The position numbers were made by a program, and so were the translations under genes. Shown piece after piece: positions 7,764-17,293 of a DNA stretch of 64,000 bases (position 1 is the stretch's first letter; every line of letters starts with the position of its first letter). Source of the stretch: Candidatus Beckwithbacteria bacterium GW2011_GWC1_49_16 (GTDB lineage: Bacteria > Patescibacteriota > Microgenomatia > UBA1400 > CG1-02-47-37); contig CP011210.1 of the NCBI GenBank assembly GCA_001029675.1, forward strand, positions 192,193-256,192. Direction: 5' to 3'. A model generated the notes under the pieces. It was given only the letters and a program-made list of their open reading frames with translations, had not been told where the DNA came from and did no database searches.

Positions 7764-10310
7764 ATGAGTTTTGACCATAATAAAATCGAAGCCAAGTGGC
7801 GGAAGAAATGGCGGGAGTCTGGGCTATATAAGGTAGACCTTAAAGGCGCCAAAAAGCCCTTTTATAACTTAATGATGTTTCCATATCCTAGCGCCGAAGG
7901 GCTTCATGTGGGTAACATGTACGCTTTCACCGGGGCGGATTTTTACGGCCGGTTCCAGGCGATGCGGGGGCAAGAGGTGTTTGAGCCGATTGGGCTTGAC
8001 GGTTTTGGGATTCACAGCGAAAACTACGCCATCAAGATCGGCGCCCACCCGTCGCAGCAAGCCAAGGTGAGTCAGAAGCGCTTTTACGACCAACTATCCC
8101 GCATCGGTAACCGCTTTTCCTGGGAACAGCGTTTGGAGACTTACGATCCCGAGTACTACAAATGGACCCAGTGGCTGTTTATCAAGATGTTTGAGAAAGG
8201 GTTGGCGGTCAGGAAAAAATCGATGGTCAACTGGTGCCCGAGCTGTAAAACGGTTCTGGCCGACGAGCAGGTCGAGGGCGGGGTGTGTGAGCGGTGTAAG
8301 ACGCCGACGGTGAGAAAAGAGACCTATCAGTGGTTTTTCAAGATTACCGACTATGCCGACAGACTGCTTGGTAACATCGACAAGATCGACTGGCCGCAAA
8401 AGATTAAGACCGCCCAAAGGAATTGGATTGGTCGCAAAGAAGGCATTAACATCACTTACGAAATTAAAGGCAGCAAAAAAACAGTCACTTGTTTTACAAC
8501 CACGCCGGTGAATTTTGGCGCCACTTTTATTGTTATTGCTCCTGAACATGTGTTAGTAAAAGAAAGTAAGAACAAAAAAATCCAAGAATATGTCACTAAG
8601 GCACTGAAAAAAACTGAACAGCAGCGACAAATGGAAGGAAAAGAGAAAACCGGCGTTTTCACCGGGCTTTATGCTGTTAATCATGTCACCAAAAAAGAAA
8701 TTCCCATTTGGGTGGCAGATTTTGTCTTAAAAGACGTTGGCACTGGGGCGGTTCAGGGTTGCCCGGGGCATGATTTACGCGACTTTGAGTTTGCCAAGAA
8801 GTTTGGATTGCCGATTACACGGGTTGTGGTTGGTCCTGATGGGGACAGAAACGAAATTACCAGAAAGGAGCAAGTGATTCAGTCGGGAACGTCAGGAAAA
8901 ATGGTAAATTCAGACTTTTTGAACGGTATGGAGTTTAGTAAAGCAATGCAAAAAACCATGGATTACTTTGAAGAAAGGGGTTGGGGCGAAAGAGTGATTA
9001 GTTTTCACCTGCGCGATTGGCTCATATCCCGCCAACGCTACTGGGGGCCGCCGATACCGATGATTTTTTGTGATAAGTGCGAATGGCAGCCGGTGCCCGA
9101 GAAAGATTTGCCGGTGGAGTTGCCGTTCGTCAAAGACTATCAGCCTTTGGGCGAGGGTAAGGCGCCTTTGGAGAAAGCCCCGAAAGAGTGGCTTGAGGTC
9201 AAGTGCCCGAATTGCGGCGGGAAAGCCAGAAGAGAGACAGACGTCTCGGATACTTTTCTAGACTCAAGTTGGTATTTTTTACGTTATCCTTCGATTAAAT
9301 CCAATAAGGACAGTCTTCCCGGTACCGGAAAGACTGTCCTTAGGGAAAAACTGCCGTGGGATCAAGAGGTCACACGGCGCTGGCTGCCGGTCAACGCCTA
9401 CATTGGCGGCGCCGAGCACGCGGTGTTGCATCTTCTGTACTCGCGCTTTGTCTGGATGTGTTTAAGAGATTGGGGGTATTTGCCCAAAAGCCTGGGTGAC
9501 GAGCCGTTTCCGTTTTTGTATTCCCACGGCCTGTTAATCAAAGACGGTGCCAAGATGAGTAAAAGCCGCGGCAACGTGGTTATTCCTGACGAGTACATGG
9601 AAAAATTCGGCACCGACGCTTTGCGGATGTACTTGATGTTTATCGGCCCCTACGACCAGGGAGGGGATTTCCAAGATACGGGGATGATGGGGATGAGGAA
9701 GTTTTTGGATCGGGTGTGGCGGTTGGTGATTGCCATCCAGGACACTCCCGGAGTGAAAAATTCTGCCACTCCGGGAGTGTCTGAGGTGGGTCGCTTCCGG
9801 CATCAGACGGTAAAAAGAGTTACCCAGGCCATGGAAAACTTGCGCTACAACGTCGGTATCGCCGCTTTGATGGAGTATGTTAACTTCTTGGAATTTCACC
9901 TTAGATTACTCACTCCCGGAGTGAAAAATTCCTCCACTCCGGGAGTGGTTGTGGAAGCCGTCGAAACTTTAGTATTGCTGCTGGCGCCAATGGCACCGTT
10001 TATCAGCGAAGAGATGTGGCAGATGCTGCGCAAATCCGAAGCACGAAGCACGAAATTCGAATCCGTCCACCAGCAAGCTTGGCCGACTTTTGACGAAGAG
10101 AAAGCGCGCGCCGATAAAGTTGAAGTGGTGGTCCAGGTTAATGGCAAACTGCGCGCCCGGTTGAGCCTTGGTCGAGACGAAGCCCAAGACAAAGAGCAGG
10201 TGTTTAAGGCAGCCAAGTCAGAGGCGGCGGTCAAAAGATACCTTGAGAACAAAAAGCCGGTCAAGGAGATTTTTGTCAAGGGCAAGCTGGTTAACCTGGT
10301 GGTTAGATAA
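7764..10310 (+). CDS. leuS: leucyl-tRNA synthetase
   Basis: 848 aa with a class I HIGH-type motif (HVGN) and KMSKS (GAKMSKSRGN). Carries two in-frame palindromic inserts (TPGVKNSATPGV, TPGVKNSSTPGV) and a heptamer-repeat insert (SEARSTKFES). Confidence 0.95.
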   Translation: MSFDHNKIEAKWRKKWRESGLYKVDLKGAKKPFYNLMMFPYPSAEGLHVGNMYAFTGADFYGRFQAMRGQEVFEPIGLDGFGIHSENYAIKIGAHPSQQAKVSQKRFYDQLSRIGNRFSWEQRLETYDPEYYKWTQWLFIKMFEKGLAVRKKSMVNWCPSCKTVLADEQVEGGVCERCKTPTVRKETYQWFFKITDYADRLLGNIDKIDWPQKIKTAQRNWIGRKEGINITYEIKGSKKTVTCFTTTPVNFGATFIVIAPEHVLVKESKNKKIQEYVTKALKKTEQQRQMEGKEKTGVFTGLYAVNHVTKKEIPIWVADFVLKDVGTGAVQGCPGHDLRDFEFAKKFGLPITRVVVGPDGDRNEITRKEQVIQSGTSGKMVNSDFLNGMEFSKAMQKTMDYFEERGWGERVISFHLRDWLISRQRYWGPPIPMIFCDKCEWQPVPEKDLPVELPFVKDYQPLGEGKAPLEKAPKEWLEVKCPNCGGKARRETDVSDTFLDSSWYFLRYPSIKSNKDSLPGTGKTVLREKLPWDQEVTRRWLPVNAYIGGAEHAVLHLLYSRFVWMCLRDWGYLPKSLGDEPFPFLYSHGLLIKDGAKMSKSRGNVVIPDEYMEKFGTDALRMYLMFIGPYDQGGDFQDTGMMGMRKFLDRVWRLVIAIQDTPGVKNSATPGVSEVGRFRHQTVKRVTQAMENLRYNVGIAALMEYVNFLEFHLRLLTPGVKNSSTPGVVVEAVETLVLLLAPMAPFISEEMWQMLRKSEARSTKFESVHQQAWPTFDEEKARADKVEVVVQVNGKLRARLSLGRDEAQDKEQVFKAAKSEAAVKRYLENKKPVKEIFVKGKLVNLVVR
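9743..9779. repeat. palindromic element CACTCCCGGAGTG-aaaaattctgc-CACTCCGGGAGTG, in-frame in leuS
   Basis: Exact inverted 13-mers separated by 11 nt. Translated as TPGVKNSATPGV. Confidence 0.9.
9911..9947. repeat. palindromic element CACTCCCGGAGTG-aaaaattcctc-CACTCCGGGAGTG, in-frame in leuS
   Basis: Second copy 168 bp downstream of the first. Translated as TPGVKNSSTPGV. Confidence 0.9.
10033..10066. repeat. heptamer-type simple repeat insert (CGAAGCA x2.5) in leuS
   Basis: aaatccgaagcacgaagcacgaaattcgaatccg encodes SEARSTKFES. Related to the inserts in argS and truB. Confidence 0.7.
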
Positions 10311-11328
10311 ATTTGTCCAGGATGATATAGACGACCATGGCAAAGAAAGCCGAGGCGGGAATGGTTAAAAACCAAGCCAGAACGATTCTTCTGGCCGTGC
10401 CCCAGCTGACGGCACGATTGGCCCGGGTGGCGCCGACCCCCATGATCGAGCCGGAGATAGCGTGGGTGGTTGAAACCGGAAAACCCATAAAGCTTGAGGC
10501 AGCCAGCACTATGGCGCTGCCGGTTTCGGCGGCAAAACCCTGGTAGGGCCGCAGTTTGGTAATTTTTTTGGCCATGGTTTTGACGATCTTCCAGCCGCCG
10601 AGTAAAGTGCCCAAGGCAATAGTTAAGTTGACGCTGATAATCACCCAAAGGGGAACTTGAAAGTGAGTCAGAAAGCCTTGCTGGACCAAAAGAATGGTTA
10701 ATATCCCCATGACTTTCTGGCCGTCGTTTGAGCCGTGGGTGACGGAAAAGAAAAAGGAGGAGAAAATTTGTAACAGGCGAAAATAAGGGTTGATTTTGAC
10801 GGTAGAGAAACGGATAAACAAGCGGATAATCAGAGCGATAAACAGAAAAGTAAAGCTAAAAGAGATAACCGGCGAGGCGACCATGGGGATGATTACTTTG
10901 TTCCAAACGCCGATGAGGTTGACCGGCGACCAGCTTCTGGCAGCCGTGGCGCCGGCGCCGACCAGACCGCCGATCAAAACGTGGGATTCGGATATGGGCA
11001 AACCCCAGAACCAGGTGGCCACATCAAAAATCAAGCCGCCGATCAACGCCGCCAGGATGAGTTTGTAGCTGATGATGTTAGGGTCAATAATGCCTTGACC
11101 GATGGTGGCGGCCACAGCCGTGCCTAAAAGAACACCCATGAAGTTGCCCAACGCCGAGAGCATTACCGCTTGTCCGGGTTTTAAAACCCGGGTGGCGACG
11201 ATGGTGGCGATGGCGTTGGCCGCGTCAGAAAAGCCGTTCCAAAAAGCAAAAAAAAGACTCACCGCCAGGGTAAGAATAAACAACCCCATCAAAGGTTTTT
11301 CATGACAACTTTTTGAGTCAGGTTGCAA
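10303..11328 (-). CDS. inorganic phosphate transporter, PiT family
   Basis: Polytopic membrane protein with GFSDAANAIATIV and GSNDGQKVMGI motifs typical of PiT (PF01384). Confidence 0.85.
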   Translation of the reverse strand: MQPDSKSCHEKPLMGLFILTLAVSLFFAFWNGFSDAANAIATIVATRVLKPGQAVMLSALGNFMGVLLGTAVAATIGQGIIDPNIISYKLILAALIGGLIFDVATWFWGLPISESHVLIGGLVGAGATAARSWSPVNLIGVWNKVIIPMVASPVISFSFTFLFIALIIRLFIRFSTVKINPYFRLLQIFSSFFFSVTHGSNDGQKVMGILTILLVQQGFLTHFQVPLWVIISVNLTIALGTLLGGWKIVKTMAKKITKLRPYQGFAAETGSAIVLAASSFMGFPVSTTHAISGSIMGVGATRANRAVSWGTARRIVLAWFLTIPASAFFAMVVYIILDKFI

Positions 11329-11915
11329 AACTCTTCGATTTTGTCAGTGAGTGTCTCCAGGATCTCAAAAACTTCTTTTTTCTGGATGAGGCTTTTTATA
11401 TTTTTCTCCCGCATCAGTTGTTCGAGGCAGTCTAAAAGCAGGTTGTCGGCCTGGTTTTCCAGGCGGTGGATTTTTCTGGCGTGGGAGCGCATCTCTTTCT
11501 GGCTCATTTGTCTGATTTTGCCCACCAGCTTTTGCGATTCCTGGATCATAGCGTTAATAATTTGGGTGAACTGTTTAATTTTTAAGTTTTGACCGTCGAG
11601 CTTGTAAATGTTGATTCTTCTGGCTGAGGCTTGAACCAGGTCAATCAGGTCGTCGGCGGAGATGATTAGGTTGCCCAGGTCTTCGTGGTCGACAGGGGTG
11701 ATAAAGGTCTGGTTTAACTTGTCAAAAACGTCGGTGATGATGTTGTCGGCCTGGCTTTCCAGGTTTTCGATGAGGCGAACGGTTTTAGGGGAGAAGGCGC
11801 CTTTTTGTAAAGAATGATGGAGGAGGGCGGAGGCTTTGACCACCAGGTTGATGTGCTCGTCCAAAAGCTCAAAAAAAACTTTGTCTTGGGGGATGAGCCA
11901 GTCTTTGAGTTTCAT
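11289..11915 (-). CDS. DUF47 / PhoU-like phosphate transport regulator (Pit accessory protein)
   Basis: Immediately upstream of and overlapping the PiT gene. N-terminus MKLKDWLIPQDKVFFELL is typical of the TIGR00153 family. Confidence 0.8.
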   Translation of the reverse strand: MKLKDWLIPQDKVFFELLDEHINLVVKASALLHHSLQKGAFSPKTVRLIENLESQADNIITDVFDKLNQTFITPVDHEDLGNLIISADDLIDLVQASARRINIYKLDGQNLKIKQFTQIINAMIQESQKLVGKIRQMSQKEMRSHARKIHRLENQADNLLLDCLEQLMREKNIKSLIQKKEVFEILETLTDKIEEFCNLTQKVVMKNL

Positions 11916-11965
11916 ATGGCAATAAAAAGCTGCCGCCGGCAGCCAAGTTAATTTATAGACGCAAC

Positions 11966-12613
11966 TTGATCAGAAGTCAATCTTTGCCTAAAATTAAACT
12001 AATGGAGTTGGAGAGGTTGGTTAAAGAAAAGCCTTATTTGGTGACGGTGGCTTTGGTGGGGGCACTACTCATCGGCGTGGGCGTTCTTTCGGCGGCAATG
12101 ATTGCGGGGAGAGCCAGTTCGAGTGAGATTGAGATAGTAAGAAGTGGTGAGGAGGCCTTCGACGATGCTCAGGATAAAGAGATTTTTGTCGATGTTTCCG
12201 GGGCGGTGATCAAGCCGGGGCTTTACCAATTGGCGGCAGACGCCAGGGTCAACGACGCTTTGGCGGCGGCGGGGGGTTTGGATGAGGCAGCCGACCGGGA
12301 GTGGTTTGCCAAAAACATCAACTTAGCCCAGAAAGTTGAAGACGGAGCCAAAATTTTTATCCCGACTATCAGTGAAACCAGCAGTGAAAACTTGGGAGTT
12401 GGCGGTGGCGCGGCGGGGGAGACAGTCACCGGCAAAGTCAACGTCAACACGGCAACTGCCGCCGAATTAGATTTGTTATGGGGCATCGGACCGGCCACGG
12501 CGGAGAAGATCATTGCCAACCGGCCTTATTCAAGCGTCGAAGAACTGTTGGACAAGAAAGTGTTGAAGAGCAATGTTTATGAAACCAATCGCGACAAACT
12601 TACGGTTTATTAA
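11966..12613 (+). CDS. comEA: competence protein ComEA (SLBB domain plus helix-hairpin-helix)
   Basis: N-terminal TM, then EIFVDVSGAVIKPGLYQL (SLBB) and C-terminal GKVNVNTATAAELDLLWGIGPATAEKII (HhH). Confidence 0.85.
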   Translation: MIRSQSLPKIKLMELERLVKEKPYLVTVALVGALLIGVGVLSAAMIAGRASSSEIEIVRSGEEAFDDAQDKEIFVDVSGAVIKPGLYQLAADARVNDALAAAGGLDEAADREWFAKNINLAQKVEDGAKIFIPTISETSSENLGVGGGAAGETVTGKVNVNTATAAELDLLWGIGPATAEKIIANRPYSSVEELLDKKVLKSNVYETNRDKLTVY

Positions 12614-12638
12614 TAAGCTTCGGCTAAGCCTCTAGCCG

Positions 12639-13856
12639 ATGAGGGGCTTCAAGTGGTTTTTGATATGGTTTGTGGTTTTTTTAGTGAGATTCTGGTTTGA
12701 GGTTCAGGAGAAACAAAAGATAGCTAAGTTTGCCGGGGATGAAGTCAGGCTGACGGGAAGAATATCTTCTGTACCAATACTACAGGGTACCAGACAAAAC
12801 TTTGATTTAGGCCGGGTAAAGGTGGTGACCGAGCGCTTTCCGGAGTACCACTACGGCGATAGGCTAAGGCTTTCTGGCACTCTGGAGGAGAAGGTGTTAA
12901 CTCCAGGATACTCAAGGTTTAGCTTGGTGTATCCGAGCGTTTCCAAAATAGAGACTTATAGCACAAACTCTTGGGTTTTTAGGTTGAGAAGTAAGCTTGA
13001 AGGGATTTTTCGCCGGAACCTGCCGGAGCCTGAAGCTTCATTACTTTCCGGCATTGTTTTGGGGATTAAGTCGAGTTTGCCGTATGATTTCTGGCAAGCG
13101 TTAAGAAAGACGAGTACTTTACACATCGTGGTGGCTTCCGGCTACAACGTCACCGTGGTCATCGGCACGGTGATCAAGTATTTAGCCGGGTTAATCAAAC
13201 GAAGCTGGGCGGTGGGGTTAGGTGTGGCCGCGGTGGTGGTTTATACCCTGATGGCCGGGGGAGAGCCGGCGATTGTCCGGGCGGCGATCATGGGCAGTTT
13301 GGCTTATTTAGGCCAGGTTTTGGGTAGAAAAAGCGATGGAGTAAGGCTGCTTCTGGCAGCGGCGGGAGTGATGCTTTGGGTTGAGCCGAGCCTGGTTTAT
13401 GATGTCGGCTTCAGATTATCGGTGGCGGCTACCGCCGGGTTGTTGTTGATAGCCCCGCTTCTAGGCAAGGTGTTCGACCGGGTGGCACTCATTGGTAAAG
13501 ACTTATCCGAAACCACGGCGGCCCAGATTGCCGTCTGGCCGATACTTTTGACCACCTTTGGCCAGGTGAGTGCTTTTTCTATATTAATTAATGGTTTGAT
13601 ACTGTGGTTGGTGCCGATGATCATGGTTTTGGGGGCGGTGCTGGCAGGGGCGGGATTAGTTTTGGGGCCTTGGGCGGCTCCGATAGGCTGGCTTGCTTAT
13701 GGCCCGCTACACTTGATGGTGGGGGTGATTTCCTGGTTTGGCGGCTTGTCTTTTGTCAGTTGGACCGTGGATCTTAAAGCCTCGGTTATCGGCAGTTTCA
13801 CTTGGGTTTTTTTGTACTATCTGGTTTTGGGGGTGGTGATCTGGCGAAAAAGATAA
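12639..13856 (+). CDS. comEC: ComEC/Rec2 N-terminal part (DUF4131 plus competence membrane domain)
   Basis: LHIVVASGYNVTVV and a multi-TM competence domain. Ends 55 nt after the start of the next ORF, which continues in another frame. Confidence 0.75.
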   Translation: MRGFKWFLIWFVVFLVRFWFEVQEKQKIAKFAGDEVRLTGRISSVPILQGTRQNFDLGRVKVVTERFPEYHYGDRLRLSGTLEEKVLTPGYSRFSLVYPSVSKIETYSTNSWVFRLRSKLEGIFRRNLPEPEASLLSGIVLGIKSSLPYDFWQALRKTSTLHIVVASGYNVTVVIGTVIKYLAGLIKRSWAVGLGVAAVVVYTLMAGGEPAIVRAAIMGSLAYLGQVLGRKSDGVRLLLAAAGVMLWVEPSLVYDVGFRLSVAATAGLLLIAPLLGKVFDRVALIGKDLSETTAAQIAVWPILLTTFGQVSAFSILINGLILWLVPMIMVLGAVLAGAGLVLGPWAAPIGWLAYGPLHLMVGVISWFGGLSFVSWTVDLKASVIGSFTWVFLYYLVLGVVIWRKR

Positions 13857-14713
13857 ACCTAATTTTGTTTCTTTTAGTGTTGCTGGTGGGGTTGACCATC
13901 CGGCAGCTGCCGGACGATAAGCTTCATCTTATTTTTTGCGACGTCGGCCAGGGTGATGCGACGTTGATTTCTTACAAAAACTGGCAAATGCTGGTTGACG
14001 GCGGGCCGGGGGACGCGGTGGTTTCTTGTTTGGGAGAACACATGTCTTTTTGGGATAGGAAAGTGGAAGTTTTAGCCGTGACTCACCCCCAAGCAGACCA
14101 CATTATCGGTTTAGTTGAAGTGGTTAGGCGCTACCGGGTAGAAAAGGTAATTGCCGGAAGCTATCTAAACGACACGGCCGAGTTCAGGGCCTTTTACGAG
14201 GCGGTGACGGCCAAGAATTTGCCGGTATTCTCGCCGGTGCAAGGAGATAAATTTCGCCTGGGGCAAGTGGATTTGGCCGTGTTATGGCCAAGGCAGCAAA
14301 CCGGTGACCTGGCTTGGAACGGGCAGGGTCACGAGCTGGTCTTGGGGGCAGAGTATCAAGGCGAGATCAACGAAACCTCGTTTGTATTAAAAGGGACTTT
14401 CAGCGGGTTTGACTTTTTGTTGACCGGCGACATCGGTGAGGCGACGGAGCGACGGCTGGTGGACAAAGTGGGGCAAGTAGAGGTGTTGAAAGTGGCCCAC
14501 CATGGCAGCAAGTATTCATCAAGCGGGCAGTTTTTGGAGGAAGTCAGGCCGGAAGTGGCGGTAATATCAGCCGGACAAAACAACCGCTTTGGTCACCCGA
14601 CGGCAGAAACTTTGTCCCGGCTTGAAGCGGTGGGGGCCAAGGTGTTTCGCACCGACGAGATGGAAACGATTGAAATAGTCAGCGATGGGCAAAAATATTG
14701 GTTTGTGTTATAG
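13802..14713 (+). CDS. comEC: ComEC C-terminal metallo-beta-lactamase domain (separate ORF or frameshifted)
   Basis: DVGQGDATLI, VTHPQADHIIG and VAHHGSKYSSS are MBL-fold ComEC motifs. Overlaps the upstream ComEC part in a different frame. Confidence 0.75.
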   Translation: MGFFVLSGFGGGDLAKKINLILFLLVLLVGLTIRQLPDDKLHLIFCDVGQGDATLISYKNWQMLVDGGPGDAVVSCLGEHMSFWDRKVEVLAVTHPQADHIIGLVEVVRRYRVEKVIAGSYLNDTAEFRAFYEAVTAKNLPVFSPVQGDKFRLGQVDLAVLWPRQQTGDLAWNGQGHELVLGAEYQGEINETSFVLKGTFSGFDFLLTGDIGEATERRLVDKVGQVEVLKVAHHGSKYSSSGQFLEEVRPEVAVISAGQNNRFGHPTAETLSRLEAVGAKVFRTDEMETIEIVSDGQKYWFVL

Positions 14714-14741
14714 TAACAGGGAGAATATTTAGTCAACGAGT

Positions 14742-15515
14742 GTGGAGATAAAAATGGCTTTAAGAATCAGAGACCGGATCCTTTTGGGCCTGGCGGTGGG
14801 GGGAGAGATTTTGGACGCAATTGAGTCCGGTTCCCGGGCGTACCCGACCGAAAAGCTTTACACCTTCACGCCGCCGGGTTACTCAAAAAGGAAGTACCGC
14901 CACTTGGTAGGTAGGCTCGCGCGGGAAGATTTAATCAAAAGAGTGGTAATAAACGGTGGAGTACATTTTCGGATCGGCGATGCCGGAAGAAATCGGCTTA
15001 CCAGCTTGCGGCCGGCATTAAAACTTAAAAACAAACCTTGGGATGGGTTTTGGCGCTTGGTGGTGTTTGACGTGCCGGAAAGAGACAGGCGGAAAAGGGA
15101 TTTGTTGAGAAGAAAACTCAAGTTAATGGGTTTTGGGGCGTTGATGTACAGTACTTATATATCCCCTTACGACCAAGAAGAGAGTTTAGTGGAGTTTTTT
15201 AAACTCAATAAAATTCCCGACGTGCTGCTTTTGGAAGCCAAACAAAAAAACTTAGGGGAGCCCAAGAAGTTGGCCGAAAAAGCTTGGAATTTGAGTGGGA
15301 TTGCCAAAAGGTACTTAGCCGTTGCCGAACAGCTGACTACCAGGTTTGGCATAGGAAGCGTTCAAAAACGCGAGGACTTTTTGAAAAAGGTCTATGGCGA
15401 GTACCTCAAAGTTTTAACCGCCGACCCGTTTTTACCCAGAGACCTTTTACCCGATTCCTGGCCGGCGGAGAAAGTTAGAAAGATAGTTCTGGCCGCAGGG
15501 GTGGTGAAGGAGTAG
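14742..15515 (+). CDS. PaaX-like transcriptional regulator (wHTH plus PaaX_C-like domain)
   Basis: WDGFWRLVVFDVPERDRRKRDLLRRKLKLMGFGAL matches the PaaX C-terminal signature WDGxWxLVxFxxPE...R..LR..L...GFG. Confidence 0.5.
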   Translation: MEIKMALRIRDRILLGLAVGGEILDAIESGSRAYPTEKLYTFTPPGYSKRKYRHLVGRLAREDLIKRVVINGGVHFRIGDAGRNRLTSLRPALKLKNKPWDGFWRLVVFDVPERDRRKRDLLRRKLKLMGFGALMYSTYISPYDQEESLVEFFKLNKIPDVLLLEAKQKNLGEPKKLAEKAWNLSGIAKRYLAVAEQLTTRFGIGSVQKREDFLKKVYGEYLKVLTADPFLPRDLLPDSWPAEKVRKIVLAAGVVKE

Positions 15516-15530
15516 GTTTGAGGGTAGAAT

Positions 15531-17288
15531 ATGGTGATGAATCTTGAAGGGAAGATAAAAACAGCGATTGATAAAGTCTTGAAAGATTTTGGCGTTCCCG
15601 GAGGTGAATTTAAAGTGGAGCACCCCGAAAACGAGGCGCATGGGGATTATTCGGCCAACGTGGCTCTAGTTGCTGGAGGTGGGCGAGACTTAGCCGAGAA
15701 GATCACGGAGAAATTGAGAGCGGATAAAGGGTTGGAGGAAATTGCTTCGAAAATTAAGGTCGCAGGAGCCGGTTTTATTAATATATCAATCAAAACTGAC
15801 CATCTTATCACTCAAGCTGTTGAACTGCTAAAAGAAGGCTATATGGGGGGTAAAAGCACACGCCGCCAAGGCTTTGTGGGGCAAAGGATCATGGTCGAGT
15901 TTACTGACCCCAACCCTTTCAAGGAGTTTCATATCGGGCATCTTTACTCCAACATTGTCGGTGAGTCTTTGTGCCGGCTGCTTGAGGTGGAGGGAGCAGA
16001 GGTAAAGCGAGTTAATTATCAGGGCGATGTCGGTTTACATGTCGCCAAAGCCATTTGGGGCATGAAGCAGATGATCCAAAAAGATATAGATTTAAATAGT
16101 TTGAGTAAGAAATCTTTGCCTGAAAGGCAAAAGTTTATGGGTCAGGCTTACGCCATGGGGGCGACTGCCTACGAGGAAGACAAAAAGGCTAAAGAGGAGA
16201 TAGAGGTTTTAAATAAAAAGATTTACGAGCTTGATGATGACGTCAGGCAGTTATACGAGAAAGGTAGAGGTTGGAGCTTGGAGTATTTTGAGACGATTTA
16301 TAAGCGCTTGGGAACTAAGTTTGACGACTATTTTTTTGAAAGAGAAGTGGGTCAGGTGGGTTTAAAATTGGTTAAGGAGTTTTTGAAAAAAGGTGTCTTT
16401 GAAGAAAGCCAGGGGGCGGTGGTGTTTCCCGGAGAAAAGTATGGCCTTCATACCCGGGTGTTTGTCAATAAGCTAGGCCTGCCGACTTATGAAGCTAAGG
16501 ATTTGGGTCTGGCGCCGACCAAATACGGACGCTACCAATACGACCAATCGATTATCGTCACCGCCAACGAGATCGATGAGTACTTCAAGGTGGTAATTGC
16601 CGCTTTGAAAAAGATAAATCCTAAGCTGGGGAAGAAAACCCGCCACGTGTCGCACGGGATGGTCAAGCTGCCGGAGGGAAAGATGAGCTCGAGAACCGGC
16701 AAGATCGTCACCGGCGAGTGGCTGCTTGATGAAGCCCGCGCCAGAGCTTTGAAAATTATGGCGGAGGCAGAGATTAGTGAAGAGGAGAAAGAAATAATCG
16801 CCGAGCAGGTGGGCCAAGCGGCGGTCAAGTACGCGTTACTCAAAACCGGCATTGGCCAGGACGTGGTGTTTAACTTTGGCACCTCGGTATCGTTTGAGGG
16901 CAACTCCGGGCCGTATCTTCAATATACTTACGCCAGAGCGCAGAGCGTCTTGGCAAAATCCGAAACTCGAAGCACGAAGCACGAAAAAATTTCGGATTTC
17001 GGATTTCGGATTTCGGATTTAGCACCAGAGGAACTCGCAGTGCTGCGCTGGCTTTACCGCTACGGGGAAGTGGTGGATGAGGCGGCGGCGGAGTTGTCAC
17101 CCAACCTGGTAGCCAACTTCCTTTTCGAGCTAGCCCAGCGTTTCAACAGTTTTTACAATAAAATGCCGATTTTGAAAGCCAAAGACGAAAAGATTAAGAG
17201 TTTGCGTTTGCTACTGACGGCGGCGACGGCAGAGGTGGTTAAACGAGGTTTGTATCTTTTGGGGATTCAGTCCCCGGAGAAGATGTAG
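15531..17288 (+). CDS. argS: arginyl-tRNA synthetase
   Basis: HIGH motif (FHIGHLYS), Arg-tRNA synthetase core and DALR anticodon-binding C-terminus. Contains heptamer-repeat insert encoding ETRSTKHEKISDFGFRISD. Confidence 0.95.
   Translation: MVMNLEGKIKTAIDKVLKDFGVPGGEFKVEHPENEAHGDYSANVALVAGGGRDLAEKITEKLRADKGLEEIASKIKVAGAGFINISIKTDHLITQAVELLKEGYMGGKSTRRQGFVGQRIMVEFTDPNPFKEFHIGHLYSNIVGESLCRLLEVEGAEVKRVNYQGDVGLHVAKAIWGMKQMIQKDIDLNSLSKKSLPERQKFMGQAYAMGATAYEEDKKAKEEIEVLNKKIYELDDDVRQLYEKGRGWSLEYFETIYKRLGTKFDDYFFEREVGQVGLKLVKEFLKKGVFEESQGAVVFPGEKYGLHTRVFVNKLGLPTYEAKDLGLAPTKYGRYQYDQSIIVTANEIDEYFKVVIAALKKINPKLGKKTRHVSHGMVKLPEGKMSSRTGKIVTGEWLLDEARARALKIMAEAEISEEEKEIIAEQVGQAAVKYALLKTGIGQDVVFNFGTSVSFEGNSGPYLQYTYARAQSVLAKSETRSTKHEKISDFGFRISDLAPEELAVLRWLYRYGEVVDEAAAELSPNLVANFLFELAQRFNSFYNKMPILKAKDEKIKSLRLLLTAATAEVVKRGLYLLGIQSPEKM
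16965..17020. repeat. composite simple repeat in argS: CGAAGCA x2 followed by (TTCGGAT)x4, flanked by inverted AAATCCGAAA / TTTCGGATTT
   Basis: The tandem 7-mers and the inverted 10-mers can both be read directly from the sequence. The repeat is in-frame in argS. Confidence 0.8.
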
Positions 17289-17293
17289 TGCCC

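Noticed and set aside
9896-10648. 250-aa minus-strand ORF antisense to leuS containing a TPGVEEFFTPGV peptide
   Set aside because: It lies entirely inside the well-supported leuS gene on the other strand. The peptide arises only because the palindromic element reads similarly on both strands. It is a spurious antisense ORF.
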